DNA of 64,000 nt from an uncultured Acidobacteriota bacterium (GTDB taxonomy: Bacteria; Acidobacteriota; UBA6911), in NCBI GenBank assembly GCA_963809485.1, contig CAWEJX010000020.1, positions 128,001 to 192,000 of the forward strand. The letters are read 5' to 3'. The notes under the pieces were generated by a model. It was not told where the DNA came from and ran no database searches. It saw only the letters and a list, made by a program, of their open reading frames with translations. The position numbers and the translations under genes are program-made. Position 1 is the stretch's first letter, and the number at the start of each line of letters is the position of its first letter. This document shows positions 9,470 to 18,961 of the stretch, piece by piece.

Positions 9470-10615
9470 TCAGCGCGAGGTTCCTCGGTGCACGCTCCGA
9501 TAAAGGGCATGCATTTTTCGGGCGGTTTCGGCGAGGGAAAATTGTGCTGCCGCATCCAGCGCTTCCTTCCTCATGCGGGCCTTTTCCACTTCACTCAACT
9601 CCAGCGCACGGATTACGGCGCGCGCCAGGGAGGCTGCATCGGCAGGCGGAACGAGGAAGCCGTTTCGGCCGTCCTCGATCATCTCGGGGATTCCTCCGAC
9701 ACGGGTGGCGACGACCGGCAGGCCGGCAGCCATCGCCTCAATGACCGATAAGGGAAACCCTTCGGCCAAAGACGGCAGCACGAAAACCGTGCTGCTCCGC
9801 AGCAAAGCTCCGACATCCGGCCGGAAGCCGAGGATGGAGAAGTGGGACTCCAGGCCGGCGGCGGCAATCTGACGCTCAATGGACATCCGGCCCTCCGGAA
9901 TACCTGCAAAAGCGAAGCGGGCAGCCGGAAAGCGGTCCAGGATTGCCGGGGCAGCCTCGATCAGGTATCGATGCCCTTTGTTGTCGGCAAGCCTGGCGAG
10001 GACAAGAATGACAGGCTGGCTGTCCTTCAATCCCATTTCGGCCATCGGATTCAGGTTATCTGTAGCGGAAGATGCAAGATGAGCAGGATCAATTCCATTG
10101 TGGACCACGTCGATACGGCCTGCGGGCAGACGATAACAGGTCGTCAGGATGCGCTTGCTTTCGTTTGAAACGGTCACTATCCGGGCCACCCGCTTCCGCG
10201 ACCAACGGAACAACACCGGCAGAGCCCAGGCAATGCTCCGGGAAATGTGCACGTCGTTCATGAGCGTGGCGCGGTGCTCGACCGCAATTACGGGCCTGCC
10301 CGAGGCAGGCAATGCGAATCCCAGGAAAATACCGAGGCGGCTGGCAGGGTGGCTCGAGTTTAGATGGATCACGTCGTGGGCCGCGGCGAGGCGGATAAGT
10401 CTGGCTATCGCGCCCGGCAACCGCCACGGTACACTGAGCGGAAGAGGAACAACCTGGGAAATCGGTGACAAGCGGACAACCAGGCTGTTTAACGCGGCAT
10501 TCTCAGGGAGAGCGACAGTGAAATGGCACGTACCTTTTAGCGCTTCGGCCAGATCGCCGACATACAGTTCTGCGCCGCCTATGTCGCGGGCGGTCATGAC
10601 CAGCAATATATTCAT
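9470..10615 (-). CDS. Glycosyltransferase family 4
   Basis: GGAELY N-terminus, VVHNGID, KGHRYLI, FVLPSLAEGFPLSVIEAMAAGLPVV. Confidence 0.9.
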   Translation of the reverse strand: MNILLVMTARDIGGAELYVGDLAEALKGTCHFTVALPENAALNSLVVRLSPISQVVPLPLSVPWRLPGAIARLIRLAAAHDVIHLNSSHPASRLGIFLGFALPASGRPVIAVEHRATLMNDVHISRSIAWALPVLFRWSRKRVARIVTVSNESKRILTTCYRLPAGRIDVVHNGIDPAHLASSATDNLNPMAEMGLKDSQPVILVLARLADNKGHRYLIEAAPAILDRFPAARFAFAGIPEGRMSIERQIAAAGLESHFSILGFRPDVGALLRSSTVFVLPSLAEGFPLSVIEAMAAGLPVVATRVGGIPEMIEDGRNGFLVPPADAASLARAVIRALELSEVEKARMRKEALDAAAQFSLAETARKMHALYRSVHRGTSR

Positions 10616-10746
10616 GGCAGACGATCCGCCTCCCCGGACTTGGAAGTGCGGCACCTGCATTAGCCTGACCGGTACAGGGCCGATGTCAATCGGGTCTTCC
10701 AGGGCTCAAGGCTTCATTGCTCGAACCCTTGTTTGCAGCAGGGGGA

Positions 10747-12345
10747 TTAGGAACCTTTTTTATCTCTGTTTTCCGTCTCCCAAGAGACCTGCGGGACGGT
10801 GGATATAATCAAGAAGGCCAGCAGCATGGTTATCGCGCTGACCCAGAATACGCTTCTCAATCCCGCCTCCATGGAGGTCCGGATTGCCTGGACAGTCTGG
10901 GGGAACAACGCTTCCCTTCCCGCTTTTCTGAAATTCTCCTCGAGGGCTGCCATAGCCGGTTGGGAGAGGAGGACCTTGGGATCTCCCAGAGAATTCATGG
11001 TCGCCTCATCCTGGGCTTCAACCAGGCCGGCGGGCAGGGATGCAGCAAGCGCTTTGGCATAGGAGGCATTCATAGCCGAACCAAGAATCGCCGGGGAGAT
11101 GGCTACGCCCATCGATATGGCAAAAAAGATGCCGCCCATCGCCACACCCAGGAGTCTTTTGGGCACGGCATTTTGAATTACCATCGTGTTTACCGTCGGG
11201 ATGGCGCCCAATCCGATACCGGTGAGCGTGCACACAAGCACGCTCCACAGCACAGGAGTTTCCGCCGTGAAGAAAATCACCCCGAACATGACGGCCGTTA
11301 GGATGGAAAAACCCAGGATGTACATCCATTTATAGCTTTTCGTCCGGGCGAGCAGAAAGCCGACGGGCACGCCGATAAAGGACATCAGCACGCTGTAGGG
11401 AGTGATGATCTGCCCGCTCAGTGTGGCGCTGACGCCCTGAACGCCCTGCAGGAACATCGGGAAATACATCATAATCGCCATCTGCCCGAAAAATGAAAAC
11501 AGGGTGGCGATGGCGACCGTCATGAAAGACCGGTTGCGGAGCACCACGGGATCGAGTATGGGCTCTTCCACGCGCGACTCAGTCCTGAAGAACCAAATCC
11601 AGAAAACAAGGGAAACTCCAAGCAGGCCGATAATAGGTACTGAAGCCCACGGATAAGTTGTGCCGGCCAGAGAAAATCCGACAATCGTGGTCGACGAGGC
11701 GATCGCCACCAGAATACACCCCAGGATATCGATCTTGCGCTTCGCGCTGGTGATGATCGAAGGGATCCCGATCGGAACCGTGATCAGGCAGATGACAAGA
11801 AGCGGCAACGAAAACCAGAACAGGTAGCGCCAGCTCAAGTTGTCTACAAGCCATCCGCCAAGTGTGGGGCCGAACAAAGAGCAAATCCCCGTGGGGATAT
11901 TGAGCAGCCCGATCCACTTGCTGCGCTTTGCCGGCGGAAACATATCCCCAACGACGGCAAAAACAAGCGGCATCATGGCTCCGTTCCCGAGATTGGCGAT
12001 GACGCTGGCAGCGATAAAAAAAATAAAATTGGGGCTTAGAGCGCTCAGGATGGTTCCGATAAAAGAAAAGATGACCGATACCAGCAGCATGATGCGCCGT
12101 CCGTAAATATCGGACAATTTGCCGAAAATGAGCGTCACGAAAGCGCCGGCCAGTCCGGGAAGCGAGACGGACCATGCGTAGAGCGACATGCCGTTCAATT
12201 CGGCAGCCAGCTTTGGCCGGGCAACGTTCAGTGTCTGCACGAAGTAGGACATTGTTGCGTAGACGGTGAAAATGGCAACCATTCCCCAGAAGATCTGCTT
12301 TTTGGAAAAATCATATTCGGCAGGCCGCTGCGGCGCTTGTGTCAT
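10747..12345 (-). CDS. MFS transporter, DHA2 (14-TM drug:H+ antiporter-like)
   Basis: GKLSDIYGRR motif A, GPTLGGWL, SWRYLF; many TM segments. Confidence 0.9.
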   Translation of the reverse strand: MTQAPQRPAEYDFSKKQIFWGMVAIFTVYATMSYFVQTLNVARPKLAAELNGMSLYAWSVSLPGLAGAFVTLIFGKLSDIYGRRIMLLVSVIFSFIGTILSALSPNFIFFIAASVIANLGNGAMMPLVFAVVGDMFPPAKRSKWIGLLNIPTGICSLFGPTLGGWLVDNLSWRYLFWFSLPLLVICLITVPIGIPSIITSAKRKIDILGCILVAIASSTTIVGFSLAGTTYPWASVPIIGLLGVSLVFWIWFFRTESRVEEPILDPVVLRNRSFMTVAIATLFSFFGQMAIMMYFPMFLQGVQGVSATLSGQIITPYSVLMSFIGVPVGFLLARTKSYKWMYILGFSILTAVMFGVIFFTAETPVLWSVLVCTLTGIGLGAIPTVNTMVIQNAVPKRLLGVAMGGIFFAISMGVAISPAILGSAMNASYAKALAASLPAGLVEAQDEATMNSLGDPKVLLSQPAMAALEENFRKAGREALFPQTVQAIRTSMEAGLRSVFWVSAITMLLAFLIISTVPQVSWETENRDKKGS

Positions 12346-12480
12346 TCGGCTGTTCCTCTCTTTTAGCTGAAACAAGCCACGAATTATCATGAATTTGCAT
12401 TCTCATAGGAACAATATTCGTAGCACTTCGCCACATTTTTTGCTTCGGGCAGACAAGGATATCCTTAATGCAATAGTGAA

Positions 12481-12563
12481 GGACGGATCTCCAGCGTCTG
12501 TCGCAAAACGACTGTCGCGAGATCCTCGGCGGCAGTTTCGAGAAAGTCTCTGGAGAGCCATCC
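12481..12563. repeat. 83-bp palindromic repeat, copy A
   Basis: Ungapped match to 12662..12744 (about 64/83 identical by manual count); self-complementary around GAG-ATC-CTC. Confidence 0.75.
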
Positions 12564-12661
12564 TTACCCAATCAGCATTAAATGCTGAGAAAATAGTATT
12601 CATTTATGATTTTTTTGGCGTAAGTCGGCGTTTATCGGCGTACGTCAGCGTTAAAATTTAT

Positions 12662-12744
12662 GGACAGGCCTCCAGAATCGGTCCCAAAACGAATCTGGCG
12701 AGATCCTCGCTGGCAGTTTTGAGACGGTCTCTCCAGACCCGTCC
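12662..12744. repeat. 83-bp palindromic repeat, copy B
   Basis: Direct repeat of 12481..12563. Confidence 0.75.
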
Positions 12745-12856
12745 GATTGAGCCATAACCGATTATTCGCTCATCGAACGGCTCTGGAGCGCCGCTCTCAC
12801 AAAAATATGGAGAATGATGATGGCCTTACGTGGATGTACGCCATCGCCTCCGGAGG

Positions 12857-13999
12857 CTAAGCCAGAAGCTCCTGCGCCCGGATCAGGCGCTCCTGCACGC
12901 GAACTCCGTTCCGGCACCGGATGGTGCAGTCCGAGCAATCCCTGCAGCGAATATCTCGGACTTCCTGCGGCAGCTCCATGTAACTCCTACGAGCCTGATG
13001 GATATCGCCGCCAAAGTCGTTATAGGCAAGGAAGCGGAGCTCGTCGGTGACAGGCACGCCCTTCGGGCACTGCCCGTTGCACTCATAGCACATCCGGCAA
13101 TAGAAGGGCCGGTTCTGCTCATTGCGCACATAAAGCAGTTTTTCATCCGCGGGGGCGTAGGATTCCGACATCGCCCGGACATTCATTTCGAGCTGGCTTA
13201 AGTCACCGTGGTGGGGAACGGTTGTGCCAATCCGGGGATTCTTCAAAACCCATTTTATGGCTGCCACGCAGCCCTCACTGGTGATCTTGGGTTTCTGTTC
13301 GGGATTCTTCATATCCAAATGAAGCCCGGTGAGGCCGATCACGACCTTCATGGCTATGATGCCGACACCTGCGGCATGCAGCTTATCAAGCGCCGCATCC
13401 CTGAATGGAGCTCCGATGGCGTAACTGTACGTGGTCTGCACAACGTCCAGCCCGTATTTGATGATATTGTCCGCCATCGCGTTCGGATCGTGAGTGCTGA
13501 GGCCGACGAAACGAGCTTTGCCCTGCTTCTTGATCAGTTTCATGGCTTCGAGAGCTTCGTCCGAAACTCTGGCTGCCGTGTCCCTGGCATGCATGTGATA
13601 GACATCGACGTAATCCGTGCCCAGCATTTGAAGGCTCGTCTCGATATCCTTCAATATCTGCTCCCGGGTATTCGTGCCGGTCTTGGTGGAAATCACAACT
13701 TTGTCTCTTTTACCCTTGATGACAGAGCCGAACACTTTTTCGCTGTCCTTGTAGACGCGCGAGGTATCGAAGTAATTCACACCCAGATCGATGGCCCGCT
13801 CGAGCACCACGGGATCGGGAGTGTACCCGATGCCGAATCCAACGCCCGAGACCTTGAGCCCCGTTTTGCCCAGCGTCCTGTAGGGAACCGGGGCGGGCGT
13901 CTGAGGGAACGCTTCCAGACCGCGCACAGCGATGAGTCCGGCGGCCGGGACCATCAAACCGTTTTGCAGGAATTTTCTACGCGATGATTTGCCTTTCAT
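12857..13999 (-). CDS. Aldo/keto reductase with C-terminal 4Fe-4S domain and twin-arginine-like motif
   Basis: SRRKFLQ; YRTLGKTGLKVS, GVNYFDTS, LGTDYVDVYHMH; CRMCYEC..CP and CRDCSDC..C. Confidence 0.9.
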   Translation of the reverse strand: MKGKSSRRKFLQNGLMVPAAGLIAVRGLEAFPQTPAPVPYRTLGKTGLKVSGVGFGIGYTPDPVVLERAIDLGVNYFDTSRVYKDSEKVFGSVIKGKRDKVVISTKTGTNTREQILKDIETSLQMLGTDYVDVYHMHARDTAARVSDEALEAMKLIKKQGKARFVGLSTHDPNAMADNIIKYGLDVVQTTYSYAIGAPFRDAALDKLHAAGVGIIAMKVVIGLTGLHLDMKNPEQKPKITSEGCVAAIKWVLKNPRIGTTVPHHGDLSQLEMNVRAMSESYAPADEKLLYVRNEQNRPFYCRMCYECNGQCPKGVPVTDELRFLAYNDFGGDIHQARRSYMELPQEVRDIRCRDCSDCTIRCRNGVRVQERLIRAQELLA

Positions 14000-14324
14000 A
14001 AGACCTCCGAAAAAATCTACAGCCACTGGGACGAAAATGAATCACGCTTCGGGCTCCATCCTTTGAGCGCGATCCTTCACCACTCAAGGATTTGAGAAAT
14101 GCTGGCGCGATAATATCCGAGATGGTTATAAATCGCAATAAGGCTTGTTTTACACGGATACACGGCGGAGATGCTGAATCGCGGGGCAGATAAGCCTTTG
14201 CTCAAGAACCAGTGAGACTATGGGGAGACAAATCCATTTTCCGTTTGACCCGTCCGCTGCAAAAATGCCGCTACGCCTTGACACCTGAGTGTGGAAAAGA
14301 AAATATATGGATGCAACGAATATT

Positions 14325-14408
14325 TACTGGGGGGGCCGGAAGGCTGAGAATTCGCTTGAGCGAATGACCCTTTGTACCTGATCTCGATAATGCGAGCGTA
14401 GGGAAGTA
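14325..14408 (+). ncRNA. TPP riboswitch
   Basis: GGGG..CC..GGCTGAGA..ACCC..ACCTGATC..GATAATGC..GCGTAGGGAA consensus, upstream of thi4. Confidence 0.93.
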
Positions 14409-14496
14409 TGGAATGCATGCCGGGAAGCGCAATCCTCAGCTTTCCGAATCCCGTTTCTTACAGGCCCTCCCGTAGATATTCATAAAGGAGGGTGCA

Positions 14497-15273
14497 TTGG
14501 ACGAAATCATCATTTCAAGAGCGATTGCCAAGAGTTTCATGGATGACTTCATGGATTTCATGGAGGTTGATGCGGCCGTTGTGGGCGGCGGGCCTGCCGG
14601 ACTGACGGCGGCGTACTACCTGTCGCGTCGCGGGTTCAAAGTGGCTTTGTACGAGAGGAAGTTGAGCATCGGCGGCGGGATGTGGGGCGGCGGCATGATG
14701 TTCAACAAGATTGTGGTTCAGGATGATGCCCGGCCTATCCTGGAAGAGTTCGGCATAGCATGCCGGGAATACCGGCCCGGGTACCATGTGGCTGATTCCG
14801 TCGAGGCGGTTTCCGCCCTGTGCTACCGGGCCGCAAAAGCCGGGGCGCGGATTTTCAACCTGATCAGCGTGGAAGACGTGATGATCCGTGAGAATGACCG
14901 TGTAACGGGACTGGTTCTGAACTGGAGCGCCGTGGAATTGGCTCATCTGCATGTGGATCCCCTCACCATAAGGTCCGGATGCGTTATCGACGCCACCGGG
15001 CATGACGCCGAGGTTTGCAGCCTTTTAACCCGCAAGACCGGGAGGAAGGTTTCCTCATCCACCGGACAGGTGATAGGCGAAAAGCCAATGTGGGCAGAAC
15101 TGGCAGAGAAGGAGACCGTGGAACGCACGGGAGAGGTCTTTCCGGGACTTCTGGCAGCAGGAATGACGGTCAACGCCGTACACGGCTTGCCGCGCATGGG
15201 GCCAATTTTCGGCGGGATGCTCCTCTCGGGCCGAAGAGCAGCCGAGATAGCCGCGGCCTTGTTGAAGAAATAG
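14497..15273 (+). CDS. thi4: Sulfide-dependent adenosine diphosphate thiazole synthase
   Basis: VGGGPAGL, GGGMWGGGMMF, HVDPL (His-type), DATGHDA, PRMGPIFGGMLLSG; TTG start with AAGGAGG. Confidence 0.95.
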   Translation: MDEIIISRAIAKSFMDDFMDFMEVDAAVVGGGPAGLTAAYYLSRRGFKVALYERKLSIGGGMWGGGMMFNKIVVQDDARPILEEFGIACREYRPGYHVADSVEAVSALCYRAAKAGARIFNLISVEDVMIRENDRVTGLVLNWSAVELAHLHVDPLTIRSGCVIDATGHDAEVCSLLTRKTGRKVSSSTGQVIGEKPMWAELAEKETVERTGEVFPGLLAAGMTVNAVHGLPRMGPIFGGMLLSGRRAAEIAAALLKK

Positions 15274-15437
15274 TTTAGCCCATACCCTGTTGGATTATGG
15301 CCCTGTCGACAGTTGCAGCCTGCAATCACACCGGCGATTTGCGGCCTGAAACCAGGCTTTAGGACCTGCGACCAGAAATCGATAGTACCCTTAACGCCCA
15401 GAAACGTTTCGCCGCGAAAGCTTGCGAGGAATGAGGG

Positions 15438-16349
15438 TCAGCCCTTATATTTGATAAACGTCCCTTCCCTGTATTCCTCAAAGGCTATTCGCAGTTCCTC
15501 CTGGGTATTCATGACGATGGGGCCATACCAGGCTACCGGTTCACGCAGCGGCTTGCCGGATATCAGCAGGAACCGCACATTCTGTTTCTCGGTAAACACG
15601 GCGATCTCATCACCATCGTCGAACAATACGAGCATCTCATTGGCGACGAATGGATCCCGCTGAAGGTCAAAATAGTTGTTTCCGAGCATCTCGTAGGTAA
15701 ACGGATTTTTCTCCCGGCAGAAATAGGCCTGCCCTTCAATGACGTATGCGAAAACCGTATGGCCCCGTTTGGTGGGGTGCTTGAATTCGCAATTTGCCGG
15801 AATTGAAACATCGAGATATTCAGGATCGATGACGATATCCTGCACCGGTCCCCTGGTGCCGGAAACTTCGCCGGCAATAATCCTGACCATTGTGCTATCG
15901 GGAAATTTGACTTCAGGTATCTGCCCGCTCGCCACGTCCCGGTACCTGGGATTCATCATTTTTTGTTTGGCGGGCAGATTGGCCCACAGCTGAAAGCCGC
16001 CCATCTTCCCCTGGGCGTCCCCTTTCGGCATTTCCTGGTGAATGATGCCGCTGCCGGCGGTCATCCACTGCACGTCACCCGGGTTGATGACGCCCTTGTT
16101 GCCGAGACTGTCGCCGTGTTCGACATTGCCGTCCAGAACATAGGTGATTGTTTCAATCCCTCGATGCGGATGCCAGGGAAATCCCTTGATATAGTGTTCC
16201 GGTCGATCAGAGCGGAAATCATCCAGCATCAGAAAAGGATCGTACAGAGAAGTTTCGCGGAACCCGAACACTCTCTTCAAGTGAACGCCGGCGCCCTCGA
16301 TGGTGGGATTGCTTTTCAGAACCTTCCGAATTTTTCTTGTTACTGGCAT
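15438..16349 (-). CDS. Pirin family protein
   Basis: DPFLMLD, GFPWHPHRGIETITY, QWMTAGSGIIHQE, GPIVMNT. Confidence 0.95.
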   Translation of the reverse strand: MPVTRKIRKVLKSNPTIEGAGVHLKRVFGFRETSLYDPFLMLDDFRSDRPEHYIKGFPWHPHRGIETITYVLDGNVEHGDSLGNKGVINPGDVQWMTAGSGIIHQEMPKGDAQGKMGGFQLWANLPAKQKMMNPRYRDVASGQIPEVKFPDSTMVRIIAGEVSGTRGPVQDIVIDPEYLDVSIPANCEFKHPTKRGHTVFAYVIEGQAYFCREKNPFTYEMLGNNYFDLQRDPFVANEMLVLFDDGDEIAVFTEKQNVRFLLISGKPLREPVAWYGPIVMNTQEELRIAFEEYREGTFIKYKG

Positions 16350-16492
16350 GAGCAGCCGCCTTTCTTGGGAATGCTCCCGATTTGAAAGTATGCATTAGGC
16401 AATTATTGCAAATCGGGGAGGATCTCGAAACCTTGAATTATGGCTTCTTTTGCCGCCTGCCCAGCCGGATATCGGTTAGATCGAGCATTCGC

Positions 16493-16521
16493 TTGACTCG
16501 CAGGTAACGGACCCATATAAT
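16493..16521 (+). promoter_or_regulatory. Sigma70 promoter of tRNA-fMet
   Basis: TTGACT-N17-TATAAT, 11 nt before the tRNA. Confidence 0.85.
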
Positions 16522-16532
16522 TCCTCCATCAT

Positions 16533-16609
<77 letters not shown>

Positions 16610-16723
16610 ATGGAATCATAAGCTTACGGGAATTGGGGGATTAGGCACAAACCCCCATAAACCCCCATCAAGAGCAAACTACTTGGGGAGCGGGAAAAAC
16701 CTGCTCCCTTTTTTCCTTTTTAA

Positions 16724-16966
16724 ACAGCCATCGCTTCTTACAATGCCGGTCCGGGGAAGATCGGACGCTGCCGGACTCTGGCCAAGAATCTGGGCTACGA
16801 TCCGAACATATGGCTCAATAATGTCGAAGTCGCAGCGGCAAAAGTCATTGGCCGGGAAACGACTCAGTATATAGCGAATATATACAAATATTATGTGGCC
16901 TACCGTTTGGCAGGTAGTACATATCAGAGAAGACAAGAAGCCGAGAAAAAAGCAGGCAAAAAATGA
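16724..16966 (+). pseudogene. 3' remnant of MltF-like lytic transglycosylase
   Basis: Startless frame reads AIASYNAGPGKI...GYDPNIWLNNVE...GRETTQYIANIYKYYVAY*, containing the SLT motifs YNAG and ETxxY; in-frame TAA immediately upstream. Confidence 0.8.
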
Positions 16967-17287
16967 ACGCACGCTAAGCTGATTCAACAAATGGCCTGCA
17001 GAGAAATAGGTGTTGAAAGGTATCCTCGGGCCCTCTCCGAAGAGCGGGTGTTATCCGCAAGAAAGCCATTTGTAGTGCCTCCATGACTAATCGGGCATGA
17101 AAGGTGAAGCAAAATGTGATCTTGTAGCACGCTCATAGGTATGCTCGGAGCGCTAAACTACCTACTGAAAGTCTTGATTGTTCTGCTCCTGAATCTCGTT
17201 CGATTTATGCACCCTTTTTAAACGCCTAACGTACTCGTGATCTGAGATCCGAGGATATACTTGTTACCAGATTCTCATTGAAAGTGC

Positions 17288-17303
17288 GTCCCATATATGG
17301 GAC
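17288..17303. promoter_or_regulatory. Perfect 16-bp palindrome, likely TA autoregulatory operator
   Basis: GTCCCATATATGGGAC, 23 nt upstream of the toxin start. Confidence 0.65.
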
Positions 17304-17326
17304 ACTAACATAGGAGTGTAGATAGG

Positions 17327-17674
17327 ATGGAGTGGATTCCCGTTCGCTTTTACGGCCTGGCGCGTGATGTGATTCACGGTTGGCCGCTGGAGGTTAAAAA
17401 GGAATTAGGATCAGTATTGACAAGACTTCAGAAAGGCGAATCCATTGGAATGCCTGATGTTCGGCCAATGCCCGATATCAGCCAGCAAGTTTCAGAGATA
17501 AGAATACCTGATAGGAGTGGAAATTACAGGGCGTTGTATGCGATCCGGACGGAATTTGGCATCTTGCTCTTTCACGCGTTCCAGAAGAAGAGCCGCAAAA
17601 CTTCCGAAAAGGAGAAGAAGACTGCACGAACTCGACTTGAAACATTTTTGAAGGAACTTAAGGAAGAACAATGA
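17327..17674 (+). CDS. Type II toxin, RelE/ParE superfamily (Gp49/HigB-like)
   Basis: VSEIRI, GNYRALY, LFHAFQKKSRKT; toxin-first arrangement. Confidence 0.88.
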   Translation: MEWIPVRFYGLARDVIHGWPLEVKKELGSVLTRLQKGESIGMPDVRPMPDISQQVSEIRIPDRSGNYRALYAIRTEFGILLFHAFQKKSRKTSEKEKKTARTRLETFLKELKEEQ

Positions 17675-17976
17675 AACGGAAAAAAAGGGAAGGCGGCAAA
17701 TCCGTTACAGCGGAGACGCCGAACGATATAGGCCGGATACTGGGGCTTACTCCAGGGGATATCGCGCTGATGAAATACAAGGCAGAGCTATCGCATCTGG
17801 CCGTCAAGTCGATCCGGGAATCGGGACTTGCGCTCGGCGAAATTGTAAAAAGATCCGGGGTTGCTCGTTCGAAAGTGTCTGCCATAAAAAACGGGGCAAC
17901 TGTCTCTGTTTCTTGCGATCTGTTAGTGAAAATTATCGGTGCCACCGGCGTCGAAGTTCAACCCAATGCTGCCTAA
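17671..17976 (+). CDS. XRE-family HTH antitoxin (HigA-like)
   Basis: ATGA overlap with the toxin; HTH ESGLALGEIVKRSGVARSKVSAIKNG. Confidence 0.82.
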   Translation: MKRKKREGGKSVTAETPNDIGRILGLTPGDIALMKYKAELSHLAVKSIRESGLALGEIVKRSGVARSKVSAIKNGATVSVSCDLLVKIIGATGVEVQPNAA

Positions 17977-18302
17977 AGATCCCTCCGGGTCGCCTTATCG
18001 AACGAGAAAAAGGCTTCCCGGACCGCACACCAATAAAACCTGGGCACCCATCATTAGTACCAATAGATGATAGGTAGCTTAGGCTTAATTGGGGTTGGAT
18101 AGGCGGAGGCCAAAAGGAACTTGTCAAGACTCCCAAGGTGTATTCATTTGACAAGGGATTTGTGAGTTTCTTCAGGGGGGCGTATCAGGCTGGATGATTA
18201 TGGCCGACTCTGGGAACGTATGCTGGTCCGCGATCCGGATGGATGGCTCCGTAATTCAGTGTCTGGCCGCCCCAATCCGATTTGATGAAGGAGAAATTGA
18301 GG

Positions 18303-18920
18303 ATGAATCCTAAAAAGGTGGCGCCGGTTTATCAATTTAAAATTATATTGCGGGATACGGAACCCCCCGTTTGGAGGCTCATTCAGGTCCCATCGAGTTA
18401 TAGTTTTTGGGATTTGCATGTCGCTATCCAGGATGCCATGGGTTGGACGGATTCCCATCTACACATGTTTCGTGTCCCGTCCATAAATAAGCGGAAAGAG
18501 GTAAACATCGGGATTCCAGATGAGAACTTCGATGATGTCCAGATCTTGGCCGGATGGGAAATCCCCCTTTCCCGGCATTTCCGAGAACCCGGGGCCAAGG
18601 GAATCTATGAATATGATTTTGGGGATAGCTGGGAGCACGACGTTCTTCTTGAAGGAGTGCTCATTCCAGAGGCTGGGGCGAAATATCCGCGGTGCCTGGC
18701 GGGGGCAAATGCGTGTCCGCCTGAGGATTGCGGAGGGATTGGAGGATACTATGACCTTCTGGAAACCATTCGGGACCCGTCGCACGAAGAGTACGAAGAG
18801 TATCTGATTTGGCTAAAAAGCATGGTTCCTGGGAATGTCCCGTTTGACTCAACGAAATTCGCTCCGGAAGAAGTTCATTTCGATAACCCGAAGAAGAGAC
18901 TCAAATCCCTTCACATCTGA
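18303..18920 (+). CDS. Plasmid pRiA4b ORF-3 family protein
   Basis: PPVWRLIQVP, LHVAIQDAMGWTDSHLH, YEYDFGDSWEH, ACPPEDCGG. Confidence 0.92.
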   Translation: MNPKKVAPVYQFKIILRDTEPPVWRLIQVPSSYSFWDLHVAIQDAMGWTDSHLHMFRVPSINKRKEVNIGIPDENFDDVQILAGWEIPLSRHFREPGAKGIYEYDFGDSWEHDVLLEGVLIPEAGAKYPRCLAGANACPPEDCGGIGGYYDLLETIRDPSHEEYEEYLIWLKSMVPGNVPFDSTKFAPEEVHFDNPKKRLKSLHI

Positions 18921-18961
18921 TGCGTACCGCAAAATGAATAGTTTCGCTCAGAGTTAGCGAA

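Noticed and set aside
12662-12744. Glycine riboswitch (minus strand begins TCTGGAGAGACC; tandem arrangement)
   Set aside because: Lacks the conserved CCGAAGG and CTCTCAGG elements; the unit is a simple long palindrome.
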